From positions 19,482-83,481 of the forward strand of contig CBDUYN010000022.1 in the NCBI GenBank assembly GCA_965371445.1: DNA of 64,000 bases, read 5' to 3'. Source of the stretch: an uncultured bacterium. Lineage in GTDB: Bacteria > Acidobacteriota > Thermoanaerobaculia > Multivoradales > J023. Shown piece after piece: positions 38,445 to 47,443 of this stretch. The notes under the pieces are model-generated. The model had not been told where the DNA came from. It saw nothing but the letters and a program-made list of their open reading frames with translations, and did not search any database. How positions within the stretch are numbered: the first letter of the stretch is position 1; each line of letters starts with the position of its first letter. The position numbers and the translations under genes were made by a program.

Positions 38445-41400
38445 TCAAGGCCCGGGACGGCCCGCCAGCACGACCCGAAGGCCCTTGCTCTGGTCCACCC
38501 TGCCCGGATCGTGTCCGATCCGTCCCACGACGCGCGCCGCGGCGGCCCCGTGCGCGAAGTCGCCGCCGCGACTCACGCGCCGGACGACGCCGGGGGCGGC
38601 CGGACCCCATGGGTCGCACCGCGCGGCAGGCGGGTCGTCGCCATACCAGTCCGTCGTCCATTCGTTGAGGTTGCCCAACATGTCGAAGAGTCCCCACGGA
38701 TTGGGCTCGAGCCGCATCACCGGCTGCGGCCAAGGCGCTTGGGTCTCGGGATCCCTGGAGTTGCGCCGGGTCCAGGCCACCTCGTCGACCGTCGCCTCGC
38801 TGCCGTCGCGCTTGCAGTACGCGTAGGCGCAGCCGGCCCGCGCGGCATACTCCCACTCCGCCTCGGTGGGGAGCCGGCCTCCCAGCCAGGCGGCGTAGGT
38901 GTACGCCTCGTACCAGGAGACGTGGGTCCTGGGCCGGTCGTCCCGGCCCGGACCCTGGACCTCCGGCAGCAGACGGCGGGCCTCGGCGACGGTCACCTCG
39001 TGGGTCATGATCCGGAACGCCGAGAGCGGCACCTCGCGCACCGGCCCGCCGTCGGACCAGGGGCCTATCCGAAACGTACCGGCCGGAACGTCGACCCAGC
39101 CCGCGTCCCCGGCGCCCGGCGGAGCCGGCGGCGGGCGCCGGCGGCGTAAGGGCGCCAGGACGTGGTCACGCAAAGTCCGGGCGCGCTGGGCGTGCGGCGG
39201 ATCGCGTCCGGGGGCGAAGTCGAGGGCCCAGACCAGGTTGGCCAGGAGCACCATGTCCTCCGGCGTCTCCTCCACCCACGGCAGGGCGACCTCCACCGCC
39301 CGCAGCACCACGGCGCCGCGCCTCTCCTTGCCGAAGCCGCCGAGCCCGCGCTCCAAGACGTCCATCGGCGCCCCGCGTCGGCGCAGGAGCGCCAGCAGCT
39401 CCTCGTCGCCGGTGTCAGGCCGCCTCGCCAGTCGGTCGAAGGCCTGAAGCGCCAGCTCGGGCTCGCCCCGGACGATCTGCTCCCGGAGGGCCAGGTCCTC
39501 CCTGCGCTGCCGCGCCCAGCTCCACGTCCCCCAGGCCACCAACGCCAGAAGGGCGACGGCGGCCACCGTGAAGCCGGCCGAGCGTCGCCGGTCGGCCCGG
39601 CGGCGCTTCCGGCACGCGGTCCACCAGGCGCAGCGCTCCGCGTCGCCCAGGAGCGCTTCGGCATGGACCGCGACGCGCCGGTAATGCCGCCGCGGCAGCC
39701 GTGTCGCCTCCTCCTCCCGCGAGCGGTGGAGCGCCGTCTTGAGCGCCACGAAGCGTCGCAGAGCCAGCAGCTCGGTGTCGATCGTGAGCTTGCCGTGCCG
39801 CCCCTCTTTTTCCACCATGCGGACCACTGCTTCGGCCAGGCGGTCGTGCGAGAGCACGTAACGGAAGCCGTCGGCCTGCTCCCGGACCACCACCAGGCGG
39901 GTGAGCGGGCTCGACAGCCTTTCCAGGATCTCCTCACCGTCCTCGCCGATCGCCCGCGCCAGGTCCTCGACCCGGACGCCTGCGTTGCGCTGGCCCGACG
40001 CGGTGGCCAGCTCGCGCAGGGCCAGGAGCGCCCGCGCGCGGTCGGTCGGCGCCTCTTTTGTCCGTGCCACCGTCCCCTTGGGGGGACCGGTTCGCCGGCT
40101 GCCGAGGGGGGATGACATACCCGTGGCGCTTCGCCGCGGACGGGTCTTTGCGACGGTGGTGGGAAAGACCGTCTCGAGAGCGCGCCGCAGGTGCTCCGCC
40201 AGGGCTTCGTCGATCAGCCGGCCGGGATCTTCGGGCACCGCGACCTCGCGGGGCGACGGCCCATCCGCGTCCGTGCGCGCCAGGAGATGTGCCAACACCA
40301 CCTGCAGCTCCGGGGTCAGCGGCGCGTCGGGCCGGGCGACCCGGGCTTCGGCGAACGCCCTGGCCAGCCGCGCGGCGCCGTCCGCGGCGAAGCGCCACGG
40401 GTATGTTGACGATTCCAGCGCCAGGGGCTTTTCGATGGCGTCGCGAAAGATCCGCTCCGCCTCGGCGACCGGATCGGCCCTGGGCGGCGGCGTTCCCAGC
40501 GGCGAGAGCTTCAGGAACTGGAAGCGGTCCGGCCCCGCCAGGTCGTAGGGCAGCCCCGCGGGAACGGCGAGCCGCGCGCTGCCGGCGTCGGCGAGCACGT
40601 CGCCGAGCCAGGCCACGACGTCGCCGTGGAATTCCTGGCGGTAGGCCAGAACCCAGCGACAGAGCGGTCCCTCGGAGCCCGGCCGGCGCGCCACCGAAGC
40701 CGCCAGCAGGATTCCCAACCGCGCCCGCGCCGGCTCCGCCGCCGCGTCCCGCAACAGCTCCTCGAGCTGGTCGACGACGAGGACCGGCGCCCGGCCGCTG
40801 GCGAGGCGGGCGACCTCGTGCAGGTGATCGACGAAGGCCTGAGGCGTCTCGCCGTCAGCCATGGCTGAGCGCGCCTCCGGCGCGACCGTCGTCGCGTCGT
40901 CCATTTCCAGCAGATCGGCGACGAGGCGTCGCGCCAGGTCCCCCTCCCGCGGATGGCGCGCCAGGGCCACCGGTACCCCGGCGTCGCGCAGGGCGGGAGC
41001 CAGACCGGCGATCAGCAGCGAGCTCTTGCCGGTGCCCGAGGCCGCGTAGAGGCCGAGGATCGGCTGCGGCGTGCGCAACCGGCGGCGCAGCTCGTCGAGC
41101 TCGTGGTCGCGGCCGGCGAGAAGCGCCGGGTGGGTGTAGGGCAGGAGCACCGGATAGGGCCGTTCCGGCAGCTCCGGGGACGGCCAACGACGCAGCCGGA
41201 CCGCTCCCGGCCGGACCGCTCGCGGGGCTGCGAGGGTGTCCGGCCCCTCGCCGGCGGCAGGCCCGGCCGGATCTTCTCTCCGCCCCGCTTCCTCCCCGGC
41301 ACCGGCCAGGGCCGCTGCCACCTCCCGGGCCGAGGCGGGGCGGTCATGGGGGTCCTTTTCCAGGCACTGGAGGATTAGGCGTTCGGTGACTCCGGCGAGC

Positions 41401-42296
41401 CCTTCGACCAGCTCTCCGGGCGGCCGTGGCGCCACCTCCCGATGGAGCCGCGCGAGCTCGCTCGGCGACCGGGCCTCGAATGCCGGCCGCCCGGTCACCA
41501 GCTCGTAGAGCACCAGCCCGAACGCGTAGAGGTCACTCTTGACCGAAGCCTCGCCGGCCTGGTGCTCCGGCGCCATGTACGCCGGGGTGCCGCCGAGGGC
41601 GTCGGCTCCGGCCACCGCGGCGAGCCCGAAGTCGGCGAGGCGCACCCGCCCCGTGTCGTCGATCATCACGTTGGCCGGCTTCAGGTCATGATGCAGGATG
41701 CCCTCGGCGTGGACCGCGGCCAGGCCCTCGGCCAGCTGCCGGCCGATCGTCACCACCCGGTCTTCGGGCAGTCGGCCGAGGCGCCGCAAGAGCCCGGCCA
41801 GGTCCTCGCCGGCGACGTGCTCCATCGACAGGAAGTGCCGTCCGCCGGCCTTGCCGACATCGTAGACCCGGCAGACGTTGGGATGGCCAATGGCCCTGGC
41901 GATGCGCACCTCGTCGAGCAGTAGCGCCAGTCTCGCGGGGTTGTCCCGGGCCGCTTCCGGCAGGAATTTCAGCGCCACCGTCTGGCCCAGCTTGAGGTCT
42001 TCGGCGCGGTAGACCTCGCCCATGCCGCCGCGGCCGAGGAGGCCCGCGACGCGGTAACGCCCGGCCAGGATCGTTCCGGCAGCCAGGCCGCCGGCCGGGC
42101 TTTCGAGAGTCCTGGCCAGACCCTCGTGGCCGGTGGAGGTGTCGTCCTGGTCGTAGGCGAGCAGCGAGAGGACCTCACGGCGCAGCTCGTCGTCGTCGCC
42201 ACAGGCCCGGTCGACGAACCCGCGGCGCTCAGGCACCGGCCGCTCGCGGGCCGCCAGGAAGAGCTCCTTGATCAGCGGGTTACGCTCCTCGCTCAT
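38445..42296 (-). CDS. Multidomain signalling protein: N-terminal Hanks-type Ser/Thr protein kinase, the same P-loop NTPase, single TM helix, C-terminal FGE-sulfatase (SUMF1-like) domain; paralog of 35266-38434
   Basis: Kinase motifs GRGGMGEVYRA, VALKFL, HHDLKPANVMID, DFGLA, APE. NTPase PYPVLLPYTHPALLAGRDHELDELRRRL...ILGLYAASGTGKSSLLIAGLAPAL and VLVVDQLEELL. TM FTVAAVALLALVAWGTWSWA. FGE domain WVDVPAGTFRIGPWSDG...VSWYEAYTYAAWLGGRLPTEAEWEYAARAGCAYAYCKRDG...RLEPNPWGLFDMLGNLNEWTTDW...GLRVVLAGRPGP. The ATG overlaps the sigma-factor stop (ATGA). Confidence 0.85.
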   Translation of the reverse strand: MSEERNPLIKELFLAARERPVPERRGFVDRACGDDDELRREVLSLLAYDQDDTSTGHEGLARTLESPAGGLAAGTILAGRYRVAGLLGRGGMGEVYRAEDLKLGQTVALKFLPEAARDNPARLALLLDEVRIARAIGHPNVCRVYDVGKAGGRHFLSMEHVAGEDLAGLLRRLGRLPEDRVVTIGRQLAEGLAAVHAEGILHHDLKPANVMIDDTGRVRLADFGLAAVAGADALGGTPAYMAPEHQAGEASVKSDLYAFGLVLYELVTGRPAFEARSPSELARLHREVAPRPPGELVEGLAGVTERLILQCLEKDPHDRPASAREVAAALAGAGEEAGRREDPAGPAAGEGPDTLAAPRAVRPGAVRLRRWPSPELPERPYPVLLPYTHPALLAGRDHELDELRRRLRTPQPILGLYAASGTGKSSLLIAGLAPALRDAGVPVALARHPREGDLARRLVADLLEMDDATTVAPEARSAMADGETPQAFVDHLHEVARLASGRAPVLVVDQLEELLRDAAAEPARARLGILLAASVARRPGSEGPLCRWVLAYRQEFHGDVVAWLGDVLADAGSARLAVPAGLPYDLAGPDRFQFLKLSPLGTPPPRADPVAEAERIFRDAIEKPLALESSTYPWRFAADGAARLARAFAEARVARPDAPLTPELQVVLAHLLARTDADGPSPREVAVPEDPGRLIDEALAEHLRRALETVFPTTVAKTRPRRSATGMSSPLGSRRTGPPKGTVARTKEAPTDRARALLALRELATASGQRNAGVRVEDLARAIGEDGEEILERLSSPLTRLVVVREQADGFRYVLSHDRLAEAVVRMVEKEGRHGKLTIDTELLALRRFVALKTALHRSREEEATRLPRRHYRRVAVHAEALLGDAERCAWWTACRKRRRADRRRSAGFTVAAVALLALVAWGTWSWARQRREDLALREQIVRGEPELALQAFDRLARRPDTGDEELLALLRRRGAPMDVLERGLGGFGKERRGAVVLRAVEVALPWVEETPEDMVLLANLVWALDFAPGRDPPHAQRARTLRDHVLAPLRRRRPPPAPPGAGDAGWVDVPAGTFRIGPWSDGGPVREVPLSAFRIMTHEVTVAEARRLLPEVQGPGRDDRPRTHVSWYEAYTYAAWLGGRLPTEAEWEYAARAGCAYAYCKRDGSEATVDEVAWTRRNSRDPETQAPWPQPVMRLEPNPWGLFDMLGNLNEWTTDWYGDDPPAARCDPWGPAAPGVVRRVSRGGDFAHGAAAARVVGRIGHDPGRVDQSKGLRVVLAGRPGP

Positions 42297-42900
42297 GGCG
42301 CGTCGACCTGGGCGGCGTGGTGGGCCAGCTCGCGCTTCAACCAGGCCCGGGCGTAAGCCCAGTCACCCTGCACGGTGCGCCGTGAGACCTGGAGGAGGTC
42401 GGCGATCTCGATAGACTTGAGACCCGCGAAGAAGCGCAGCTCGACGATCCGCGCCTGGCGCTCGTCGATGGTGGCGAGCCGGGTGAGCGCGCGGTCGAGC
42501 GCCAGGAGATCCTCGGGGTCCCAGCCGTCCGCCGTGGCCGGGGCCAGCTCATCGGCAAAAGTGACGCGCTGCCAGCCGGCGCCGCGTTTGGCCCGCAGCC
42601 TGCCGCGGGCGTGATCGATCAGCACCCGGCGCATCATCTGGGCGCCAACGGCCAGGAAGTGGGAACGGCCGCGCCAGTCGACCTGGGTCTGGTCGACCAG
42701 CTTGAGATAGGCCTCGTGCACCAGGGCGGTCGGCTGGAGCGTGTGCCCGGGGCTCTCGCGCTGCATGAAGCGCGCCGCCAACCGCCGCAGCTCGTCGTAG
42801 ACCAGCGGCATCAGCTCCTCCGCGCCGGCCGCGGCACCGGCGTCGTCTCCGCTCAGGGCGGTGACGATCGCCGTCGCTTTGGACTTCGCAGGGCTCGCCA
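42293..42900 (-). CDS. ECF-type RNA polymerase sigma factor of the kinase-associated TIGR02999-like family
   Basis: Start MASPAKSKATAIVTALSGDDAGAAAGAEELMPLVYDELRRLAARFMQRESPGHTLQPTALVHEAYLKLV...SHFLAVGAQMMRRVLIDHARGRLRAKRG...IVELRFFAGLKSIEIADLLQVSRRTVQGDWAYARAWL matches the signature of the TIGR02999 sigma70 region 2/4 family. The stop overlaps the kinase ATG by 4 nt. Confidence 0.8.
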
Positions 42901-43060
42901 TCAATACCTTCCTCGACGGTACCGAGTATATCCGTCCGCCGGCGCCTGGGAGGTCGCCATCTCCGCCCTTGCACATTTTTCCGCGGACATCGCGGAGGTG
43001 GTTGAGGGCGGAAATGAAAGCCGCCCCAGCCCACGAGAACCAACGGTACGGAGGTCAACC

Positions 43061-44758
43061 ATGAGATTTCACCGCATGCTCACCGTCATCCTCGTCGCGA
43101 TCCTGCTCGCCGCCGCGCCGGCGACCCGGGCCGCCGGCGAGCCGCTTCGCGTCATCCTCTCCGATCTGCAGGGCTACCGCCCATCCCTCGAGGTCGAGAG
43201 GGGAGATTGGATCTTCTTCGACCTGGAGCCGGTCACCCTGAGGCCGTTCTACCGAGGTCCGATCCGGATCGACAACTTCACCGTGATGGGCGACTTCGAG
43301 GAGATCGAATGGCAGACCGCACCCGGCGCCCCCGTCCACACGTTCCCGCGCGCCGCCCGGCGCGTGGTGGACGACGAGGCCTTCTCCGTCTTTCATCTGA
43401 GCTTTCCGGCCACCGAGCTGCGCCGCCTCGATCCGTTGCCGATTCGGTTCGATCAAAACCACGGCAGCGCTGCCTGGCCCTTTCGCATACGGTCGGCTGG
43501 CATCCCTAACACCGAGGTCGTCCGCATCAACGACCGGGTCCAGTACTCGAGCCACGTGGTCAACATCGTGGCTCCGGACGTCGTGAACGACGGCACCCTG
43601 CCGCGCGGCGACCGGATCTTCAACGTGCTCGATCTGCTCGAAACCTTCTACACGCACTTCACCGACAGCTACGAGGAGGTGAGCTTCGTCCCGACCCGGT
43701 CCCATCGGCGCCCCACGGGTTTCGCCTACCGCATCGCGGGTGGGGTGCCCCAGAGGCTCGTGGGCGGCAATGTCCACGTCCGGGGCGACATGATCTGGAA
43801 CGTCCACACGCTCCACGAGACCGGACACCAGTGGGGCTTCCGCTTCGACCTTTTCGCGGTGGCGGGAGTCGAGCCGCAGGTGTCCACGCAGTGCATCGAC
43901 GGAGGCCACACGCCGCTGATCGCCGACCTGCCGAGCTTCTTGACGGACTCGTGCAGGCTGAACAAGACCCGTCACGGTCCTCTCTGCATCCAGCGAGACG
44001 AGAAGGGATGGGTCCTCGGTCACTGTGAGCTGCCGCTCTCCTATCACCCGCTTCAGCTCTACGCCATGGGCCTTCTGGCGAAGGACGAGGTACCGCCGCT
44101 CTATCTGCGGCTGCGGCAGGACCCGATCCGCCCCATCGAGCCCGGCACCCGGGTCGAGGGACCGTTCGTCAAGTTGACGATCGACGACGTCGTGGCCCAC
44201 TACGGGGAGCGTCAGGGCTCGCCGATGCCGGCGATCTGGCGGCGGGCCCTGGTCGTGATCTCGCCGGAGCGCCTCTTGAGCCCCGGGCAACTGGCCTGGT
44301 TCAACTTCTTCGCCAAGCGGACGTCCGACCCGAACGTGACGGGCATCGAGGGCCTCGACCGTAGCCCTTCCATGGAATTCGCAACCCGAGGAATGGTCGA
44401 CCTGCGCACCGACATCCGTCCCATTGAGGAACCGAAGGTCATCGGGCGATTCCCGGTCGCGTACCCGAAGGTGGGTCCGCGGGACATCGCGGGGCTGGTG
44501 CTCGACGAGGATCTCACCACCCGTTACAAAGTGCGCCGCTTCTACGTTGTCTCGGGGAAGGTGCCAGGGCGTGGGAATCACCAGACCGTGCGCATCGAGG
44601 TCGCCTCGAAGGTCTTCCTGGGCAAGATCGGGGCGGATCGGCGTTTCTCGGTCCGATTCAGGCTGGATCCCAAGGATCGCGGGCCCCGGTGGATGACTTT
44701 TGGGCTGGGTGAGTCCGGCCCGGTGCTCGGCCGGATCGCTCCGGTCTACGTGGAGTGA
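43061..44758 (+). CDS. Secreted zincin-like metalloprotease candidate (HExxH: LHETGHQWGF), paralog A
   Basis: RBS GGAGG then ATG at 43061. Signal peptide MRFHRMLTVILVAILLAAAPATRAAG. Single HExxH motif (HETGH). 565 aa, Cys-containing mature region. Confidence 0.65.
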   Translation: MRFHRMLTVILVAILLAAAPATRAAGEPLRVILSDLQGYRPSLEVERGDWIFFDLEPVTLRPFYRGPIRIDNFTVMGDFEEIEWQTAPGAPVHTFPRAARRVVDDEAFSVFHLSFPATELRRLDPLPIRFDQNHGSAAWPFRIRSAGIPNTEVVRINDRVQYSSHVVNIVAPDVVNDGTLPRGDRIFNVLDLLETFYTHFTDSYEEVSFVPTRSHRRPTGFAYRIAGGVPQRLVGGNVHVRGDMIWNVHTLHETGHQWGFRFDLFAVAGVEPQVSTQCIDGGHTPLIADLPSFLTDSCRLNKTRHGPLCIQRDEKGWVLGHCELPLSYHPLQLYAMGLLAKDEVPPLYLRLRQDPIRPIEPGTRVEGPFVKLTIDDVVAHYGERQGSPMPAIWRRALVVISPERLLSPGQLAWFNFFAKRTSDPNVTGIEGLDRSPSMEFATRGMVDLRTDIRPIEEPKVIGRFPVAYPKVGPRDIAGLVLDEDLTTRYKVRRFYVVSGKVPGRGNHQTVRIEVASKVFLGKIGADRRFSVRFRLDPKDRGPRWMTFGLGESGPVLGRIAPVYVE

Positions 44759-44796
44759 CGAACCTGGCGACCCCGGAAGAAAAACGAGACAGAACC

Positions 44797-46578
44797 ATGA
44801 ACTTCCAACACGGAGACAGAACCATGAAAATTCACCGCATGCTCACCGTCATCCTCTTCCCGATCCTGCTCGCCGCTCCGCTGGCGGCCCAAGCCGCCGC
44901 GGGCGCCGGCGCCGAGACCTCCTGGTGCGGCGCCCACCCGGCTCGCCTGGCCGGTACCCTGGCCCGCCACCAGCGCCACCAGCGCCAGCTGGAACGTCAC
45001 CCCGTCCTGGCGGAGACATCGGGCCGCGCCCGGACCGCTTCCGTAAACGTCTACCACGTCGATCAGCTCGCGATCATTGAGGACGACGGGACCTTGATCG
45101 CTCCGGCCGCGCCCTTCGACCTGTCGGGGAAGTCCATCCAGTTCCTGCGCCGGCCGCGCGGGATGAGCGTCGTGCGCTCCGCGGTGGGGTACAAAGACCA
45201 GATCGGAGAAAGGCTCCTGCTGCCCTTTGGCTCGTCCTACGTCCCCTTCACCGACGGCTTCGAGCTCCCCTTCTTCGACCAGGTCTACTCCGGCGTCCGG
45301 GTCAGCGAGGCCGGCTATCTCCGCTTCGACGAGCGGACCCTCTTCAGCCACCCTGACAACGAGCTCGACCTCCTCACCGGACCTCCGAGCATCGCGGTCT
45401 TCTTTGCGGATCTCGATCCCTCGGCCGCGACAAACGGCAACGGCGTCTACGTGCAGCACCTGCCCAGGCGGGTGCGGATCACCTGGCTCGGGGTTCCCGA
45501 AGCAGGCAGCGGAAACCTGGTCACTGCGCAAGTCACCCTCTTCGACAACGGCCGCATCCTCTTCGCCTACGGCGACGTCGCCGCCTCCCGCGGGATCGTC
45601 GGCGTCTTTCCCGGCGGCGGCGTCCAGATCGACGCCTACCCTCTCGACATCAGCGAGGAGCTGCCGCAGCCGCCGCGTCAGGCCGCCTATTTCGAGACCT
45701 TCAGCGACGCGGAGAAGGTCGACGAGCTCGCCTTGACCGAGGCCTTCTACGAGCGCTTCCAGGACCGCTACGATCACCTGGTCGTGTGGGCCGATTTCCC
45801 CCTGGCGTCGCCCGGGGGCGACGGCTCGTTCCAGGTCACGTTGAAAAACGACGTCGAGGGCATCGGCATGCCGCGCTTCGACCTGTCGCGGTCTCTGGGC
45901 CTCAACCGGCTCGAAAGCTACGTTCAAATGGGCGACCTGGGGCAGTATCCCGCCAACCCCAACGAGATCGTTTTCGACACCTACTCGACGATGGACGTCC
46001 TGGCCCACCAGGTGGGGCACCGCTGGCTGGGCCTGGTCAGGCATCGCAGTTACTACAATGGGAACCAGGGCGGTGAGGTCATCCATCTGCTCGATCCTGT
46101 CGGCGCCGAGCACTGGAGCTTTCACTTCGACACCGGCGCCTCGGTTCTCGGCGGCAACGACATCCGGGACAATGGCGACGGCACCTTCACGACCGTCGGC
46201 GCGACCTCACAGTACTGCGATCTCGACCTCTACCTGATGGGCCTGATCCCGGCCGCGGCGGTGCCGAGCTTCTTCTATGTCGGCAGCGTCGCCAGCCCGC
46301 CGTCCTGGCACCCTCCGGAAACCGGCGTCACGATGACGGGAGACCGCGTCGAGGTGGCGATCGACGACGTCACCGACGCCATCGGAACGCGGGTGCCGGC
46401 GAGCGCCGATGCGCCCAAGGTCTTTTCCACGGCCTTTGTGCTGTTGGTCCGGGAAGGCGAGCCACCCTCCGTAGAGTCGCTCGAGAAGTTGGGCTACTTC
46501 CGGCGCTATTGGCATCGCTACTTCAAGGAGGCTACCCACTTCCACGGCCGGGTCAATACCTCCCTTCGCGTGAAGTAG
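44797..46578 (+). CDS. Secreted paralog B of the zincin-like protein, with a degenerate HQxxH (VLAHQVGHRWLG) motif; possible inactive homolog
   Basis: Signal peptide M(NFQHGDRTM)KIHRMLTVILFPILLAAPLAAQAAAG is homologous to paralog A. There are two in-frame ATGs (44797 and 44824), created by a 16-nt duplication GAGACAGAACCATGAA. The zinc-site Glu is replaced by Gln. Confidence 0.6.
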   Translation: MNFQHGDRTMKIHRMLTVILFPILLAAPLAAQAAAGAGAETSWCGAHPARLAGTLARHQRHQRQLERHPVLAETSGRARTASVNVYHVDQLAIIEDDGTLIAPAAPFDLSGKSIQFLRRPRGMSVVRSAVGYKDQIGERLLLPFGSSYVPFTDGFELPFFDQVYSGVRVSEAGYLRFDERTLFSHPDNELDLLTGPPSIAVFFADLDPSAATNGNGVYVQHLPRRVRITWLGVPEAGSGNLVTAQVTLFDNGRILFAYGDVAASRGIVGVFPGGGVQIDAYPLDISEELPQPPRQAAYFETFSDAEKVDELALTEAFYERFQDRYDHLVVWADFPLASPGGDGSFQVTLKNDVEGIGMPRFDLSRSLGLNRLESYVQMGDLGQYPANPNEIVFDTYSTMDVLAHQVGHRWLGLVRHRSYYNGNQGGEVIHLLDPVGAEHWSFHFDTGASVLGGNDIRDNGDGTFTTVGATSQYCDLDLYLMGLIPAAAVPSFFYVGSVASPPSWHPPETGVTMTGDRVEVAIDDVTDAIGTRVPASADAPKVFSTAFVLLVREGEPPSVESLEKLGYFRRYWHRYFKEATHFHGRVNTSLRVK

Positions 46579-46747
46579 CCTTCGGAAGCCCGGAGCGCAT
46601 CTGCACTGGAAAGGGGAGACCAGACGGCGCGGAGGCGCTCCGGGCCTCATCAGGTGCCGAGCCGTTTGCTCCACACGGCCGTGCAGAGGGTTGAGGGATG
46701 GACCAGAGCGACTTGACGTGAGCGTCCAAGGACCGGAGAATCCGCCT

Positions 46748-47257
46748 ATGCGAAGAACACGAACCGCACTCGCCGTCCTGGGGCTCGCCGCAGGACTGAC
46801 CGTGCCGGCCGCTCCGGCCCCCGCCCAGGAAGAGGCGGCCGAGGCGAAGCCGACGCTCGGGATCGAAGCGGTGACGATCGAGCCCGCGGCGCCTTCGGTC
46901 GACACCCTCTGCCGGCTTCGGGTGAAGGTCAAGAACACGGGTCCCGCGACCGTCTCGGCGCTCTACTTCCGCGTCGCCATCAACGGGCAGGACCTCGAGG
47001 TCTACAAGAACCAGATCTTCATGGACCGCCTCGACGCGGGAGCCGAGACCGAGGTCGTCCTCTACAACTTCTGGACGACGGAGAGCCGCCGTCCCCCGCC
47101 CGCCGACGGCAAGCTCAAGCTCACCGTCGAGCTGCGCGAGGCCCAGCTCCTCGCGGTCACCACCGAGGACGACGGCACCGAGGTCTGGACCCTCGGCGAG
47201 GCCGTCGGCGGCCTGCCGGTGTCGAAGGAGCTGGTCGTTAAGCTCAAGAAGGGCTGA
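46748..47257 (+). CDS. Secreted CARDB/Ig-like-fold hypothetical protein
   Basis: Signal peptide MRRTRTALAVLGLAAGLTVPAAPAPAQ. Beta-rich segment (LCRLRVKVKNTGPATVSALYFRVAINGQDLEVYKNQIFMDRLDAGAETEVVLYNFW) resembling a CARDB domain. Confidence 0.5.
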   Translation: MRRTRTALAVLGLAAGLTVPAAPAPAQEEAAEAKPTLGIEAVTIEPAAPSVDTLCRLRVKVKNTGPATVSALYFRVAINGQDLEVYKNQIFMDRLDAGAETEVVLYNFWTTESRRPPPADGKLKLTVELREAQLLAVTTEDDGTEVWTLGEAVGGLPVSKELVVKLKKG

Positions 47258-47270
47258 TTGCCCGCCGCTA

Positions 47271-47405
47271 CCCGGGGATGAATCCCCGGGCTAGATCTAA
47301 AAAGGCGCCCTTCGGGCTTGCCGGCTAAAGCCGGAAGATCCCGCGGCTTCAGCCGCAAAGCCCGAAGGGCGTCTTTCAAATGTAGCCCGGGGTTTCAACC
47401 CCGGG
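47271..47405. repeat. Cluster of GC-rich palindromes (REP/BIME-like): CCCGGGGATGAATCCCCGGG, a nested 19-bp inverted repeat AAAGGCGCCCTTCGGGCTT...AAGCCCGAAGGGCGTCTTT, and CCCGGGGTTTCAACCCCGGG
   Basis: Inverted repeats read directly from the sequence. The CCCGGGGTT(T/G)(C/A)AACCCCGGG palindrome recurs at 50826-50845 (one C shorter; it covers both orientations). Confidence 0.7.
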
Positions 47406-47443
47406 TGCTCGGCCGGCGCGGGGGGAAAGGGGGGATGCTTCGC

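Noticed and set aside
42996-43012. TCCGCG-N5-CGCGGA palindrome in the sigma/zincin divergent promoter region as an ECF promoter or operator
   Set aside because: Too short and GC-rich to separate from chance in a 69% GC genome; recorded only as a lead.
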